From assembly GCA_031422435.1 (NCBI GenBank), contig JANPLU010000070.1, forward strand, positions 1 through 26,377: a stretch of 26,377 nt of DNA, written 5' to 3'. A program made the position numbers and the translations under genes. Of the stretch, positions 8,811 through 17,556 are shown one piece after another (positions within the stretch are counted from its first letter, which is position 1; every line of letters starts with the position of its first letter). Below the pieces are notes generated by a model. That model made no database searches, had not been told where the DNA came from, and saw only the letters and a list, made by a program, of their open reading frames with translations. Source of the stretch: Acaryochloridaceae cyanobacterium VAR_48_metabat_390 (GTDB taxonomy: Bacteria > Cyanobacteriota > Cyanobacteriia > Thermosynechococcales > Thermosynechococcaceae).

Positions 8811-9515
8811 TTAAACCCAGACATCTGCTTGGCGGAGGGTTGAAAAATCTAACTGCTGAAGTTTAGCGTAGGCGTGGTCAATAAAACGCTGTTGCCTCAG
8901 AAAGCCTGTGTTGGCACCAGGGCAAAGATACTGCAAAGAAGCATCATCAAAGCGCTCTAAAATCTGCTGCACCTGCTTGATCTGGCGAGGCCAATGAAAA
9001 GTCTTCGCCGTTCGCAGCGGCTGGGGGTTGCCGGAAGCATCAGGTAATAAATGCCGCCCCGTAAAGAGTACCCCGCTAGGCTGGTAGTACACACAGGCAG
9101 AGCCAGGAGAATATCCAGGCGTCCAGAAAATTTGGGTATTTGGCGTAATGATTATGCTCTCAGAGAAGGTTGTAACTTCCACATCAGGCAGAAGGTATGC
9201 CTCTTGCTCCTGCACCAAAACCTGACAGCCAAACTGCTTCTGAATGCTGACCGCCGCAGGACTCATGCCCTGGCGATGGGTTAGCACCAGCCACTTAACA
9301 CCGCCTTTCTGCTCTAAAAACGTTTGGGTCTGCTCTCCCCAACTAGGACAATCAATCAGAATATTCCCAAATTTGCTTTGGGTTATGGGCGGGGAAACAT
9401 TGTGAGAGATATTTTGGGAATTCTCTACAATAAGATAGGCCGTTCCACCAAAGGTCTCACGATTGGGCGGAAATGCCCAAATTGACTCCAGAACGGATCT
9501 CGGTTCTCTACTCAC
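8811..9515 (-). CDS. MBL-fold protein with degenerate metal-binding motifs
   Basis: FPPNRETFGGTAYLI, NILIDCP, LTHR, WTPGYSPGS, LFTGRHL, LCPGA; GTG start. Confidence 0.85.
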   Translation of the reverse strand: MSREPRSVLESIWAFPPNRETFGGTAYLIVENSQNISHNVSPPITQSKFGNILIDCPSWGEQTQTFLEQKGGVKWLVLTHRQGMSPAAVSIQKQFGCQVLVQEQEAYLLPDVEVTTFSESIIITPNTQIFWTPGYSPGSACVYYQPSGVLFTGRHLLPDASGNPQPLRTAKTFHWPRQIKQVQQILERFDDASLQYLCPGANTGFLRQQRFIDHAYAKLQQLDFSTLRQADVWV

Positions 9516-9624
9516 TCGGTTTTTTACTCACAAAGCCTGACTTCTGTTCTGAGGGCAGCGGAATGTGCTGTACTGACGATAGAACAGGTTCACTGACCCA
9601 TTAGATCGCATTTTTCATTAACGC

Positions 9625-11103
9625 ATGGTTTGGCTATTTGTTTTTCTGCTGGGTTTGACACTGTACTTTATTGTGCAGCGGAGCGTGGTGCGTGTGACCC
9701 ATACACCGTGGTGGCAGCTTTGGCTGGCGCTTATGATTCCGGCCTTTGTAATTGTGGGCTGGGCGATCGCCCAGCAGTCTGTCAATGCAATCCCTACGTC
9801 GTTATTAGTCGGTTCTTTTGCCGTCAGCGTGGTGCTGTACATTTTTCTGATTACGCGTAATCCAAAAGTGCTGCCTGCCACTAAAGACACCGCTTTAGAG
9901 CCAGGTGTAGAGGCATTAAAAGCCGATGCCAATTCTGCTGCAATTCCGCTGACAAAAGAGGAACAGGCTCAGCTTCAAAACTGCTTTCCCTGGTCTACCT
10001 ACTATCTAAAGAACATCGACCTCAAACCTCAAGCCGTCATCTGTCGCGGGCAGTTGCGATCAGAACCGGAGATGGCATACCAAACCATTCAGCAAAATAT
10101 TAAGGCGGCCTTTGGCGATCGCTTTCTGGTGCTGTTTCAGACCGATGCTGCCAAACAGACTTACTTTGCCCTGGTTAATAACCCCTATGTTAAACCTCAG
10201 ACCCGATCCGTTTATCGACCTGGGCTAGCCTTGGGTTTGCTGCTACTTACCTTAGTTACAACCACTTTGGCAGGGCTAGGGTTAAGTGACCCCACCCTCA
10301 CCCCTGAGGCGATTTCAGGCAATCCACAAATTTTGCTCAATGGCTTGCCCTATGCGATCGCCCTGCTCAGCATTCTGGGCATCCGTGAATTGAGCTACTA
10401 CTTTACCGCTCGCTCCTACAAAATTCAGATTACGCTGCCTTACCTGATTCCGATTCCCTTTGCCTTTGGCACCATTGGCGCTTACTTACTCAAACGTAGC
10501 CCCATTCCCAATCGTAAAGCGCTCTTTGACGTGGGGGTTGTGGGGCCTTTAGTGGGGTTTATCATCACCCTGCCTATTTTGATTTGGGGACTGATGCATT
10601 CTGAACTCGGCGCACTGCCCAGTAAACCAGGGGTATTGTCTACCGAGGCGCTTAACCCCAGGTTTTCCATTGCCTTTGCGATCGCCTGCCGTTTAGTCTT
10701 TGGGCAAAACTTATCGGCAAATTCTGGGGTAAACCTTCACCCTGTAGCCGTTGCAGGGGTAATCGGCATTGTGTTTGCCGCCATTCGGCTGGTTCCCTTT
10801 GGGCAATTTGATGGGGGTCGCATTGTCCATGCCATGTACGGACAGCGCATGGGGCTGATTGTGAGCCAAGTCTGCCGAATTTTGGTGCTGCTGCTGTCCT
10901 TTGTTCAGCCGATTTTGCTCTACCTCGGCATTTTCTTGATGGTGATACCTGCCGCCGACGAGCCAGCCCTCAATGATGTCACTGAGCTAGACAATTACCG
11001 AGATGGCCTAGGCTTACTGGCATTAGGACTGATGCTGTTTCTAATTTTGCCCGTCCCCACCGGACTAGAATCACTTTTGTTCACCGCAAACCCAACGCCA
11101 TAG
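9625..11103 (+). CDS. Site-2 protease (M50, EGY-like) homologue, probably catalytically inactive
   Basis: CFPW..YYL, CRGQLR, LPY.IP..F.FGT.GA, PNRKALFDVG..GP, HPVAVAG, P.GQ.DGG.IVHAM, PALNDVTELD; HExxH position reads RELSY. Confidence 0.9.
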   Translation: MVWLFVFLLGLTLYFIVQRSVVRVTHTPWWQLWLALMIPAFVIVGWAIAQQSVNAIPTSLLVGSFAVSVVLYIFLITRNPKVLPATKDTALEPGVEALKADANSAAIPLTKEEQAQLQNCFPWSTYYLKNIDLKPQAVICRGQLRSEPEMAYQTIQQNIKAAFGDRFLVLFQTDAAKQTYFALVNNPYVKPQTRSVYRPGLALGLLLLTLVTTTLAGLGLSDPTLTPEAISGNPQILLNGLPYAIALLSILGIRELSYYFTARSYKIQITLPYLIPIPFAFGTIGAYLLKRSPIPNRKALFDVGVVGPLVGFIITLPILIWGLMHSELGALPSKPGVLSTEALNPRFSIAFAIACRLVFGQNLSANSGVNLHPVAVAGVIGIVFAAIRLVPFGQFDGGRIVHAMYGQRMGLIVSQVCRILVLLLSFVQPILLYLGIFLMVIPAADEPALNDVTELDNYRDGLGLLALGLMLFLILPVPTGLESLLFTANPTP

Positions 11104-11508
11104 GGGATGAGTGGGTCCCTGCTGACGGATGCGAACCGCCTGCTGCTGGAGGCGGAGCTGCTCTTGCTTAGAAAGCCCAAAGAGAAGCGTACGGCTATGC
11201 CATCCCAATACCGCAATCGTCACGCCAAGGCACAAGAACAGCCCCAAGGCGGCTCCTTGGTGATAGGCCAAGCCGTACCTGACCGCCACCCAGGTAAAAG
11301 AATCGACTAAAAGCTGAATTCTATAGCGCAACTGCCATAGGCTACCTAAGCCGACGGTCAGCCACAGAAGCAGCACAACGAACCAACGCCCGTAGGTCAT
11401 CAGTTTTAGGAGCCGTTTCAGGTCTGCTGGCTGCTGGCGATCGCAGGGGAGGTTAACGAAAGAAATAGGTTGAGGATCCTGCATGTTGTGTAATCTTTGA
11501 GGGGTCAT
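11071..11508 (-). CDS. Hypothetical membrane protein
   Basis: Two hydrophobic segments, FTWVAVRYGL, C-terminal IRQQGPTHPLWRWVC; follows secF by 12 nt; 33-nt convergent overlap with the S2P gene. Confidence 0.75.
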   Translation of the reverse strand: MTPQRLHNMQDPQPISFVNLPCDRQQPADLKRLLKLMTYGRWFVVLLLWLTVGLGSLWQLRYRIQLLVDSFTWVAVRYGLAYHQGAALGLFLCLGVTIAVLGWHSRTLLFGLSKQEQLRLQQQAVRIRQQGPTHPLWRWVCGEQK

Positions 11509-11520
11509 GGGATCTCTTGA

Positions 11521-12471
11521 CTACTCTGACAACGCTGCTGTTTCTTTTGCTTTTGATCTGGCTTGGGTAAACTCACGCCACCACACCAGTAGCGTACTGG
11601 CAATAAAGATGCTGGAGTAAGCCCCCGCCGTAAAGCCAATAATGAGGGTAAGTGCAAAATACTTAAGCGTTGCGCCGCCAAAGATAAAAATGGAGACGAG
11701 GGGTAGTAACACCGTCAGGGTTGTATTGATAGAACGCCCCAGAGTTTGATTAACGGCAATATCTACTGTTTCAGAAATGGGTTCATCAGGCTTGATGTTT
11801 TCGCGCACTCGGTCATAGATCACAACCGTGTCGTTAATAGAAAACCCCGTAATGGTCAACAGCGCCACGATAAATAGGCTGTCTGCTTCAATCCCAAAGA
11901 CTAGACCCAGAATTGAAAAAATGCCAACCGTAATCAAAATATCGTGGAAGAGGGCGACGATGCCCCAAAAAGCATAGTCAAACTGATATCGGATGCTCAA
12001 ATACAGCGCAATTCCCCCAAAGGAAACCAGCAGCGCCAGCAGCCCAGACGTTAAGAGCTGACGACCCAGCGTTGGCCCTACGGTATCAATCTGGTTCTTT
12101 GTAACGTCAAAAGGGCCTATTTTTTGATTCAGGGCGGCTTCAACCTTTCCGCGCGCCTCAAAGCCAAGGGTTTTGGTTCGGACTGAGATGGCCTGCTGCT
12201 TTTCACCCAACACTTGGATGCTGCTATCGCCCAGTCCCTGCGCCGTCAAAATATCGCGAACCACAGCGGTATCAATGGGGGCTGCACAGTCTGCTGGCTG
12301 CTGGCAACTGCGCTCAAACTGAAGCCTTGTGCCACCCACAAAGTCTAGGCTGGGTCGCAGGGGCGCACCCAACTGCATAAAGGAGATGACCATTGCGGTA
12401 ATGCCTGCCAGAATCACCCCAACGGACACCGTCCACCATAGGGTGCGCTGCTTGCTCAAGACTAACTTCAT
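11521..12471 (-). CDS. secF: Protein translocase subunit SecF
   Basis: [54 protein letters not shown]; 4-nt overlap with the secD stop. Confidence 0.97.
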   Translation of the reverse strand: MKLVLSKQRTLWWTVSVGVILAGITAMVISFMQLGAPLRPSLDFVGGTRLQFERSCQQPADCAAPIDTAVVRDILTAQGLGDSSIQVLGEKQQAISVRTKTLGFEARGKVEAALNQKIGPFDVTKNQIDTVGPTLGRQLLTSGLLALLVSFGGIALYLSIRYQFDYAFWGIVALFHDILITVGIFSILGLVFGIEADSLFIVALLTITGFSINDTVVIYDRVRENIKPDEPISETVDIAVNQTLGRSINTTLTVLLPLVSIFIFGGATLKYFALTLIIGFTAGAYSSIFIASTLLVWWREFTQARSKAKETAALSE

Positions 12472-13874
12472 TGAGCCACCTCCGGCTTTTGGGGGATATA
12501 GAGCTGCGGTTTGCGAAATTGAGGGGCGCTAATGGCAATAAAGAGCAGGGTTCTGCTGCAGGTGATGGCGGTAAACATACTAATCATGACGCCCAGCGCC
12601 AGGGTTAAAGCAAAGCCCTTCACCAAGCCAGAACCAAGCCAAAAGAGCGCGCCGCAGGCAATCAGCGTCGTGACGTTGCTGTCTAAGATACTTGAAAAGG
12701 CTCGGTTGAATCCTGACTCGATAGAGCGATACAGCGTCTTTCCGGCGCGTAATTCTTCACGAGTGCGCTCAAAGATCAGCACATTGGCATCCACTGCCAT
12801 CCCAATGCTCAGAATAAATCCGGCAATACCCGGCAGGGTTAGGGTGACGCCCATCAGCACAAAGGTGGCATAGGTCAAAAGCGCGTATACCCCCAAGGAG
12901 ATGTCTGCAATGACCCCTGGCAAGCGGTAGTAGATTCCCATAAAAATGAAGACTAAGACCAGACCGCCAACGGCTGCAAAAATGCTGCTGCGAATGCTGT
13001 CTTTGCCCAGGGTTGCCCCGACGGTGCGGTTCTCGACAATTTCGACGGGGACGGGTAAGGCTCCTCCCCGAAGCTGGACGGCTAAGGTGTTGGCAGACTT
13101 GGCGTCAAAGTTGCCAGAAATTTCGGCATTGCCCCCCGTAATCCCCGTCGCGGCATACTGTGCCGAAACGCCGGGATAGCTCAGAAGTCGGTCATCTAAG
13201 AAAATGCCGAGGGTTTGTTTAGTGCCTGCAATGGCTTTGGTCAGGTCGGCAAACAGTTCGCCCCCTTTGCCGTCAAACCGCACGGCGATCGCCCAGCTAT
13301 CGGAACTCGCAGAGGTAGGCTGGGCAAAGGCATCGGTCAAATCTGAACCCGTCAGCTTTGAAGGTTCGTAAAGATCCAGAATGGTTTTCTGGACGGCCTT
13401 AATTTGAGGCTGAAGGGCGGCGATCGCCTTTTCGTCTCTGGGCGTAACTTTCTCTAGCTCGGTGAGCTGAACATCAATAAACGCTCGCTTTTGCAGCGCT
13501 TCACCCAGTAGTCCATCGGTTCCAGGCTTCTGTTGTCGGAACTCAAGCTGAGCGGTGCCGCCCAAGACCTGCTCTGCCTGCTTGGGGTCATTCACGCCAG
13601 GAAGCTGAACCAGAAGCTGATCTTTGCCAGAGGTCTGCACCAGCGCTTCGGAAACGCCCAGTCCATTGATGCGTCCCTCAACGACCTTCTGTACCCCTTC
13701 TAAAACCTGAGAAGTAATTTCTTTGACCTTATCCGTTGTCTTAACCTGAAGCGTTAGCTGCGTACCACCCGTTAAATCCAGTCCCAGTCGGGTTGGAATT
13801 TGGTTGATTACCACAATTGCTCCTACGATTAAGAGCAAAATAAACGCCAGCAGAAACCGTTGTTTACCAATCAC
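12468..13874 (-). CDS. secD: Protein translocase subunit SecD
   Basis: [62 protein letters not shown] at 13874 is the likely start (ORF extends to TTG at 13889). Confidence 0.97.
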   Translation of the reverse strand: MIGKQRFLLAFILLLIVGAIVVINQIPTRLGLDLTGGTQLTLQVKTTDKVKEITSQVLEGVQKVVEGRINGLGVSEALVQTSGKDQLLVQLPGVNDPKQAEQVLGGTAQLEFRQQKPGTDGLLGEALQKRAFIDVQLTELEKVTPRDEKAIAALQPQIKAVQKTILDLYEPSKLTGSDLTDAFAQPTSASSDSWAIAVRFDGKGGELFADLTKAIAGTKQTLGIFLDDRLLSYPGVSAQYAATGITGGNAEISGNFDAKSANTLAVQLRGGALPVPVEIVENRTVGATLGKDSIRSSIFAAVGGLVLVFIFMGIYYRLPGVIADISLGVYALLTYATFVLMGVTLTLPGIAGFILSIGMAVDANVLIFERTREELRAGKTLYRSIESGFNRAFSSILDSNVTTLIACGALFWLGSGLVKGFALTLALGVMISMFTAITCSRTLLFIAISAPQFRKPQLYIPQKPEVAQ

Positions 13875-13995
13875 AAGACCATCACCCAAAAATAAACAAG
13901 CCTGTTCTCCGTCCTTACCCAGGACGACAGCTCGCCACCCTTAAGCAGCAAGCTGTGATGTTTTCATTGGTGCCATAGCAACCAACTTTTGATTG

Positions 13996-14979
13996 CTATA
14001 CCTGCAAGGCTACAACTTTTTGAACCGCCTCTACAATCTGTGCAGGCTGCACAATCGTCAGGTTCTCAAGCGTACCATTGTAGGGGGTAGGGATATCCTG
14101 GGACGACATCCGCAAAACAGGGCCATCTAGCTCATCAAAGAAGCGATCGCTAATGGAGGCCGTCAGCTCTGCCCCAATGCCTCCAGTTCTCATGCACTCT
14201 TCGACGATGATCACCCGATGGGTTTTGCGGATGGACGCGCCAATGGTGTCAAAATCCAAGGGCTTAAGCGACAGTAAATCAATGACTTCAGGGTCGTAGC
14301 CCTGAGTGACAAGGGTTTTGACCGCCTGCATGACGTGGTGACGCATTCTGGAATAGGTCAAGATGGTGACATCATTGCCTGGGCGTACAATTTCTGCCTT
14401 ATCAAGGGGCAGCACATATTCTCCGTCTGGAATATCTTCTTTGAGGTTGTACAGCAGCACATGCTCAAAAAACAGAACGGGATTGGGGTCACGAATGGCG
14501 GCTTTTAGAAGACCTTTCGCGTTGTAGGGCGTAGAGCAGGCCACAATTTTGAGACCAGGAACCGCCTGAAAGTAGGCTTCGAGGCGCTGAGAATGCTCTG
14601 CCCCGAGCTGGCGACCCACGCCCCCAGGCCCGCGAATCACAATCGGGATTTTATAGTTGCCGCCGGAGGTGTAGCGCAGCATTCCGGCATTGTTAGAAAT
14701 TTGGTTGAAGGCGAGTAACAAAAAGCCCATGTTCATCCCTTCAATGATGGGCTTTAGCCCCGTCATTGCGGCTCCGACAGCCATACCCGTGAAGCTGTTC
14801 TCAGCAATGGGAGTATCCAAAACCCGAAACTCGCCATACTTTTTATAAAGCCCCTTCGTGACCTTATAGGATCCTCCATATTGCCCCACGTCTTCGCCCA
14901 TCACCATTACGGTGGGGTCATGAGCCATTTCTTCGTCGATTGCCGCTCGCAGCGCGTTAAAGAGGAGAACTTCAGCCAT
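13996..14979 (-). CDS. pdhB: Pyruvate dehydrogenase E1 beta subunit
   Basis: [51 protein letters not shown]. Confidence 0.97.
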   Translation of the reverse strand: MAEVLLFNALRAAIDEEMAHDPTVMVMGEDVGQYGGSYKVTKGLYKKYGEFRVLDTPIAENSFTGMAVGAAMTGLKPIIEGMNMGFLLLAFNQISNNAGMLRYTSGGNYKIPIVIRGPGGVGRQLGAEHSQRLEAYFQAVPGLKIVACSTPYNAKGLLKAAIRDPNPVLFFEHVLLYNLKEDIPDGEYVLPLDKAEIVRPGNDVTILTYSRMRHHVMQAVKTLVTQGYDPEVIDLLSLKPLDFDTIGASIRKTHRVIIVEECMRTGGIGAELTASISDRFFDELDGPVLRMSSQDIPTPYNGTLENLTIVQPAQIVEAVQKVVALQV

Positions 14980-15071
14980 ATCACTTTAGGGATGTACTAA
15001 AGCATACGTTAGCAGAAGAATGGCTTTGTCCTCTCGTTTTGGCACGGCAGGATGCTCCTAATTGTTGTCGT

Positions 15072-16028
15072 TTAGGGACTATTGCGGGCAATGGAACCAG
15101 GGCCACAGGCTCCGGCGATCGCAAAGGGTACCGTTCGTCCAAAGCTGTAGGCATCTCCAGGCTCCTGTAGCTCAACGTGGAGGTGAGGGCCAGAACTCCA
15201 GCCAGAGTTGCCGCTGTAGCCAATGAGCTGACCAATTTCGACGGTGTCTCCGGCTTTGACCTGCACCTTACCTCTAAACCCCTGCTGAAGATGCAGATAG
15301 GCAGAGCGATAGCCGCCATCATGCTCCACTAAAACATAGTTAAATTTAGAAATATTTTCCGCACCGCCCCCGGTGTCTGGGTATCGATCCTGTACCCCAA
15401 TGACGCGTCCTTTACGCATGGCATAAACGGGTGTCCCAATGCTTGCCGCGAGGTCGTAGGCATACTCCATTCTGCCGCGATGGGTGGTTCCACGAATGCC
15501 TTGGGAAAGGTAGCCTACCCCATTGAGAGGGTGGCAGAATCCCGTTAGCGGAGAGGCCACCGTGGGATAGCGATTTGCGGACAGAGGGGTGTAGAACCCC
15601 TTCTCATCGGGCGTTCTAAAGGCTTGTAGAGTCGCAGCAGCAGCGGCGGTGGTTTGCGGGGCTGCCTTCCACTGCGGTTGACCTGCACCGCCAACCGCAT
15701 CTGCCGTAGAGCTACCGCGCGCGGCAGAGGGACTAATTGCAACGTTCGCGCTACTGGGGGAGATCAGCTTAGGGGCGAGGGGAATTAACGTGCCGAGGGC
15801 AAATAAGACTGCTGCTGTCCAGTTGCGACGCTGCTGCTCTGTCAGCGCATTGCTGAGTTGCTGAAGCGTGACGGTGCCCTGCTGCACCAAAACTTCACCC
15901 AGCTTTAGGGATGTGTTTCGCTGCGCTAATAGCGCTTGATTTAAGTCATTTTTAGTGATGAGTCCTTTTTGAAGCAGAACTTCACCCACCCGAACTTTAT
16001 CTGGCACTCGCGATCGCTTTTTAAACAC
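15072..16028 (-). CDS. M23 family metallopeptidase with N-terminal MshEN motif and membrane anchor
   Basis: GTG start with AGGAG RBS; tandem 24-aa MshEN motifs at aa 13-65; hydrophobic aa 70-85; Ala/Ser/Pro linker; M23 motifs H..YAYD, GTPVYA, YLHL, IGYSGNSGWSSGPHLH. Confidence 0.88.
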   Translation of the reverse strand: MFKKRSRVPDKVRVGEVLLQKGLITKNDLNQALLAQRNTSLKLGEVLVQQGTVTLQQLSNALTEQQRRNWTAAVLFALGTLIPLAPKLISPSSANVAISPSAARGSSTADAVGGAGQPQWKAAPQTTAAAAATLQAFRTPDEKGFYTPLSANRYPTVASPLTGFCHPLNGVGYLSQGIRGTTHRGRMEYAYDLAASIGTPVYAMRKGRVIGVQDRYPDTGGGAENISKFNYVLVEHDGGYRSAYLHLQQGFRGKVQVKAGDTVEIGQLIGYSGNSGWSSGPHLHVELQEPGDAYSFGRTVPFAIAGACGPGSIARNSP

Positions 16029-16365
16029 AAAAATCTCCTAGGCTACTTCAAGCCGAACGTAAAGGGGGCACCATTCAGACCACCTGCGTATAAACATCCG
16101 TCAACGTTAAAAGACGCCGTCAACGGACTAGACATCTGGTTTTGATGTTTTAGTCTTATATGAGGGTTCGATTATGAGGGTTCAACCTACCATCAGGTCG
16201 CGTTACGTAGGGTTTTCTTACACTTCAAAACTTGATAAGCCGCAGATGAATGCCGTTTCCAGCTCCCCTATAGAGTGCCCTGAGCAAGACGACATGTGAT
16301 CACAATTTTTAATATCTTTCGATTTTTTTAAGATTTATTTTTTGAGAGAGTAAAATAAGTTGTAT

Positions 16366-16413
16366 CTGTATTTATCAATTTAATATAGACACAAATACAG
16401 TTGATAAATACAG
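16366..16413. repeat. 13-bp perfect inverted repeat just past the HDAC stop (possible terminator or operator)
   Basis: CTGTATTTATCAA (16366-16378) / TTGATAAATACAG (16401-16413), 22-nt spacer. Confidence 0.55.
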
Positions 16414-16419
16414 GCTGAT

Positions 16420-17355
16420 TTAGAGTGCTAAACAGGCCGTCAAAGTGGCCTCAACTGACGCTGCCAGGCTGCTGAGGTGATAGCCTCCTTCTAACCCAAA
16501 CAAAATCTTTGGGGTTAAGGCTAAGCAATGAGCTGCTAATGTTTCAAAATCTTTTGGATTTAGATTGACGGCGGCAAGCGGGTCTGCCTGAGCCGCATCA
16601 TAGCCAGCACTTACGATTAGTAAATCTGGTGCAAAGGTTTTGAGAAAGGGAATGACTTGGTTTTGGAAGGCGGCTTCATAGTCAGAGATTGTGCTGCCTG
16701 CCTGTAGGGGGATGTTGAGCAGCCGTGGGCTATTGTCTTGGGCTGAGCCAGTGCCAGGATAAAACGGGTACTGATGAAGGGAGCAATAGGCAATTTGAGA
16801 AGCCCCTTGCGGATGATTCGCCACGATCGCCTCTGTGCCATTTCCGTGGTGAACATCCCAATCGAGGATTGCAACGCGCTCCACTCCAGGCTGGGTGAGG
16901 GCGTAAAGGGCGGCGATCGCCGCATTGCCAAATACACAAAACCCCATCCCTTGATCGGGCAAAGCATGATGCCCAGGCGGACGGGCTAAGACAAACGCAG
17001 TCTGCTGCAAGGCTAAAACACTGTCTACGCCATCGAGCCAAGCATTGACCGCTAAACAGGCAACTTCATAACTTTGGGCAGAGAGAGGGGTATCGGGGTC
17101 TAATCGTCCGCCGCCACGAGCGGCAACTAACTTAACCTGCTCGATATACTCAGATGTATGGGCTTTCAGCATCCAGGGCAAAGGATCGCGGCTTTCTAGG
17201 CTGGATGGCACTCTCCAGTCGAAATGACTTGCCCACGACGATTGGTGTAAGTGTTTGACCACCGCCCTGAGTCGTTCAGGACGTTCGGGATGACCAAATC
17301 CCGTTTGATGCTCTAAAAAGGTTTCGCAATAGAAAATAGGTATCACTTCAGGCAC
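16420..17355 (-). CDS. Histone deacetylase family (Zn-dependent amidohydrolase) protein
   Basis: HPERPERL, RPPGHHA, GFCVF, DWDVHHGNGT, SAGYDA, LEGGY all intact. Confidence 0.95.
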   Translation of the reverse strand: MPEVIPIFYCETFLEHQTGFGHPERPERLRAVVKHLHQSSWASHFDWRVPSSLESRDPLPWMLKAHTSEYIEQVKLVAARGGGRLDPDTPLSAQSYEVACLAVNAWLDGVDSVLALQQTAFVLARPPGHHALPDQGMGFCVFGNAAIAALYALTQPGVERVAILDWDVHHGNGTEAIVANHPQGASQIAYCSLHQYPFYPGTGSAQDNSPRLLNIPLQAGSTISDYEAAFQNQVIPFLKTFAPDLLIVSAGYDAAQADPLAAVNLNPKDFETLAAHCLALTPKILFGLEGGYHLSSLAASVEATLTACLAL

Positions 17356-17556
17356 CCTGACGGATGAAACTCCACCATAGTCAATAAAAGAGAGATTGAG
17401 CTACAGCGTTTTTGCCGCCTCAATGCTACTTCTCTGGGCATGATAAAATATTGAATAAGCAGCCGCAAATGTTGAGTAATCTTGATTTAGGGGCTGCTAT
17501 TTTTCTTGATTGGCCTTTTTAGCCAATATTCCTCACCTTTTGGAGTCTTTTCGGTT

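Noticed and set aside
11071..11103. 33-nt convergent overlap of the S2P gene and the hypothetical gene
   Set aside because: Short tail-to-tail overlaps are common; no further signal.
14981..15322. 113-aa alternative-frame ORF bridging the M23 gene and pdhB
   Set aside because: Mostly overlaps the M23 domain out of frame, with no protein-like features.
16030..16320. c-di-GMP or c-di-AMP riboswitch upstream of the MshEN-M23 gene
   Set aside because: Read on the minus strand; no GEMM-type or ydaO-type consensus segments recognised. An Infernal scan would be decisive.
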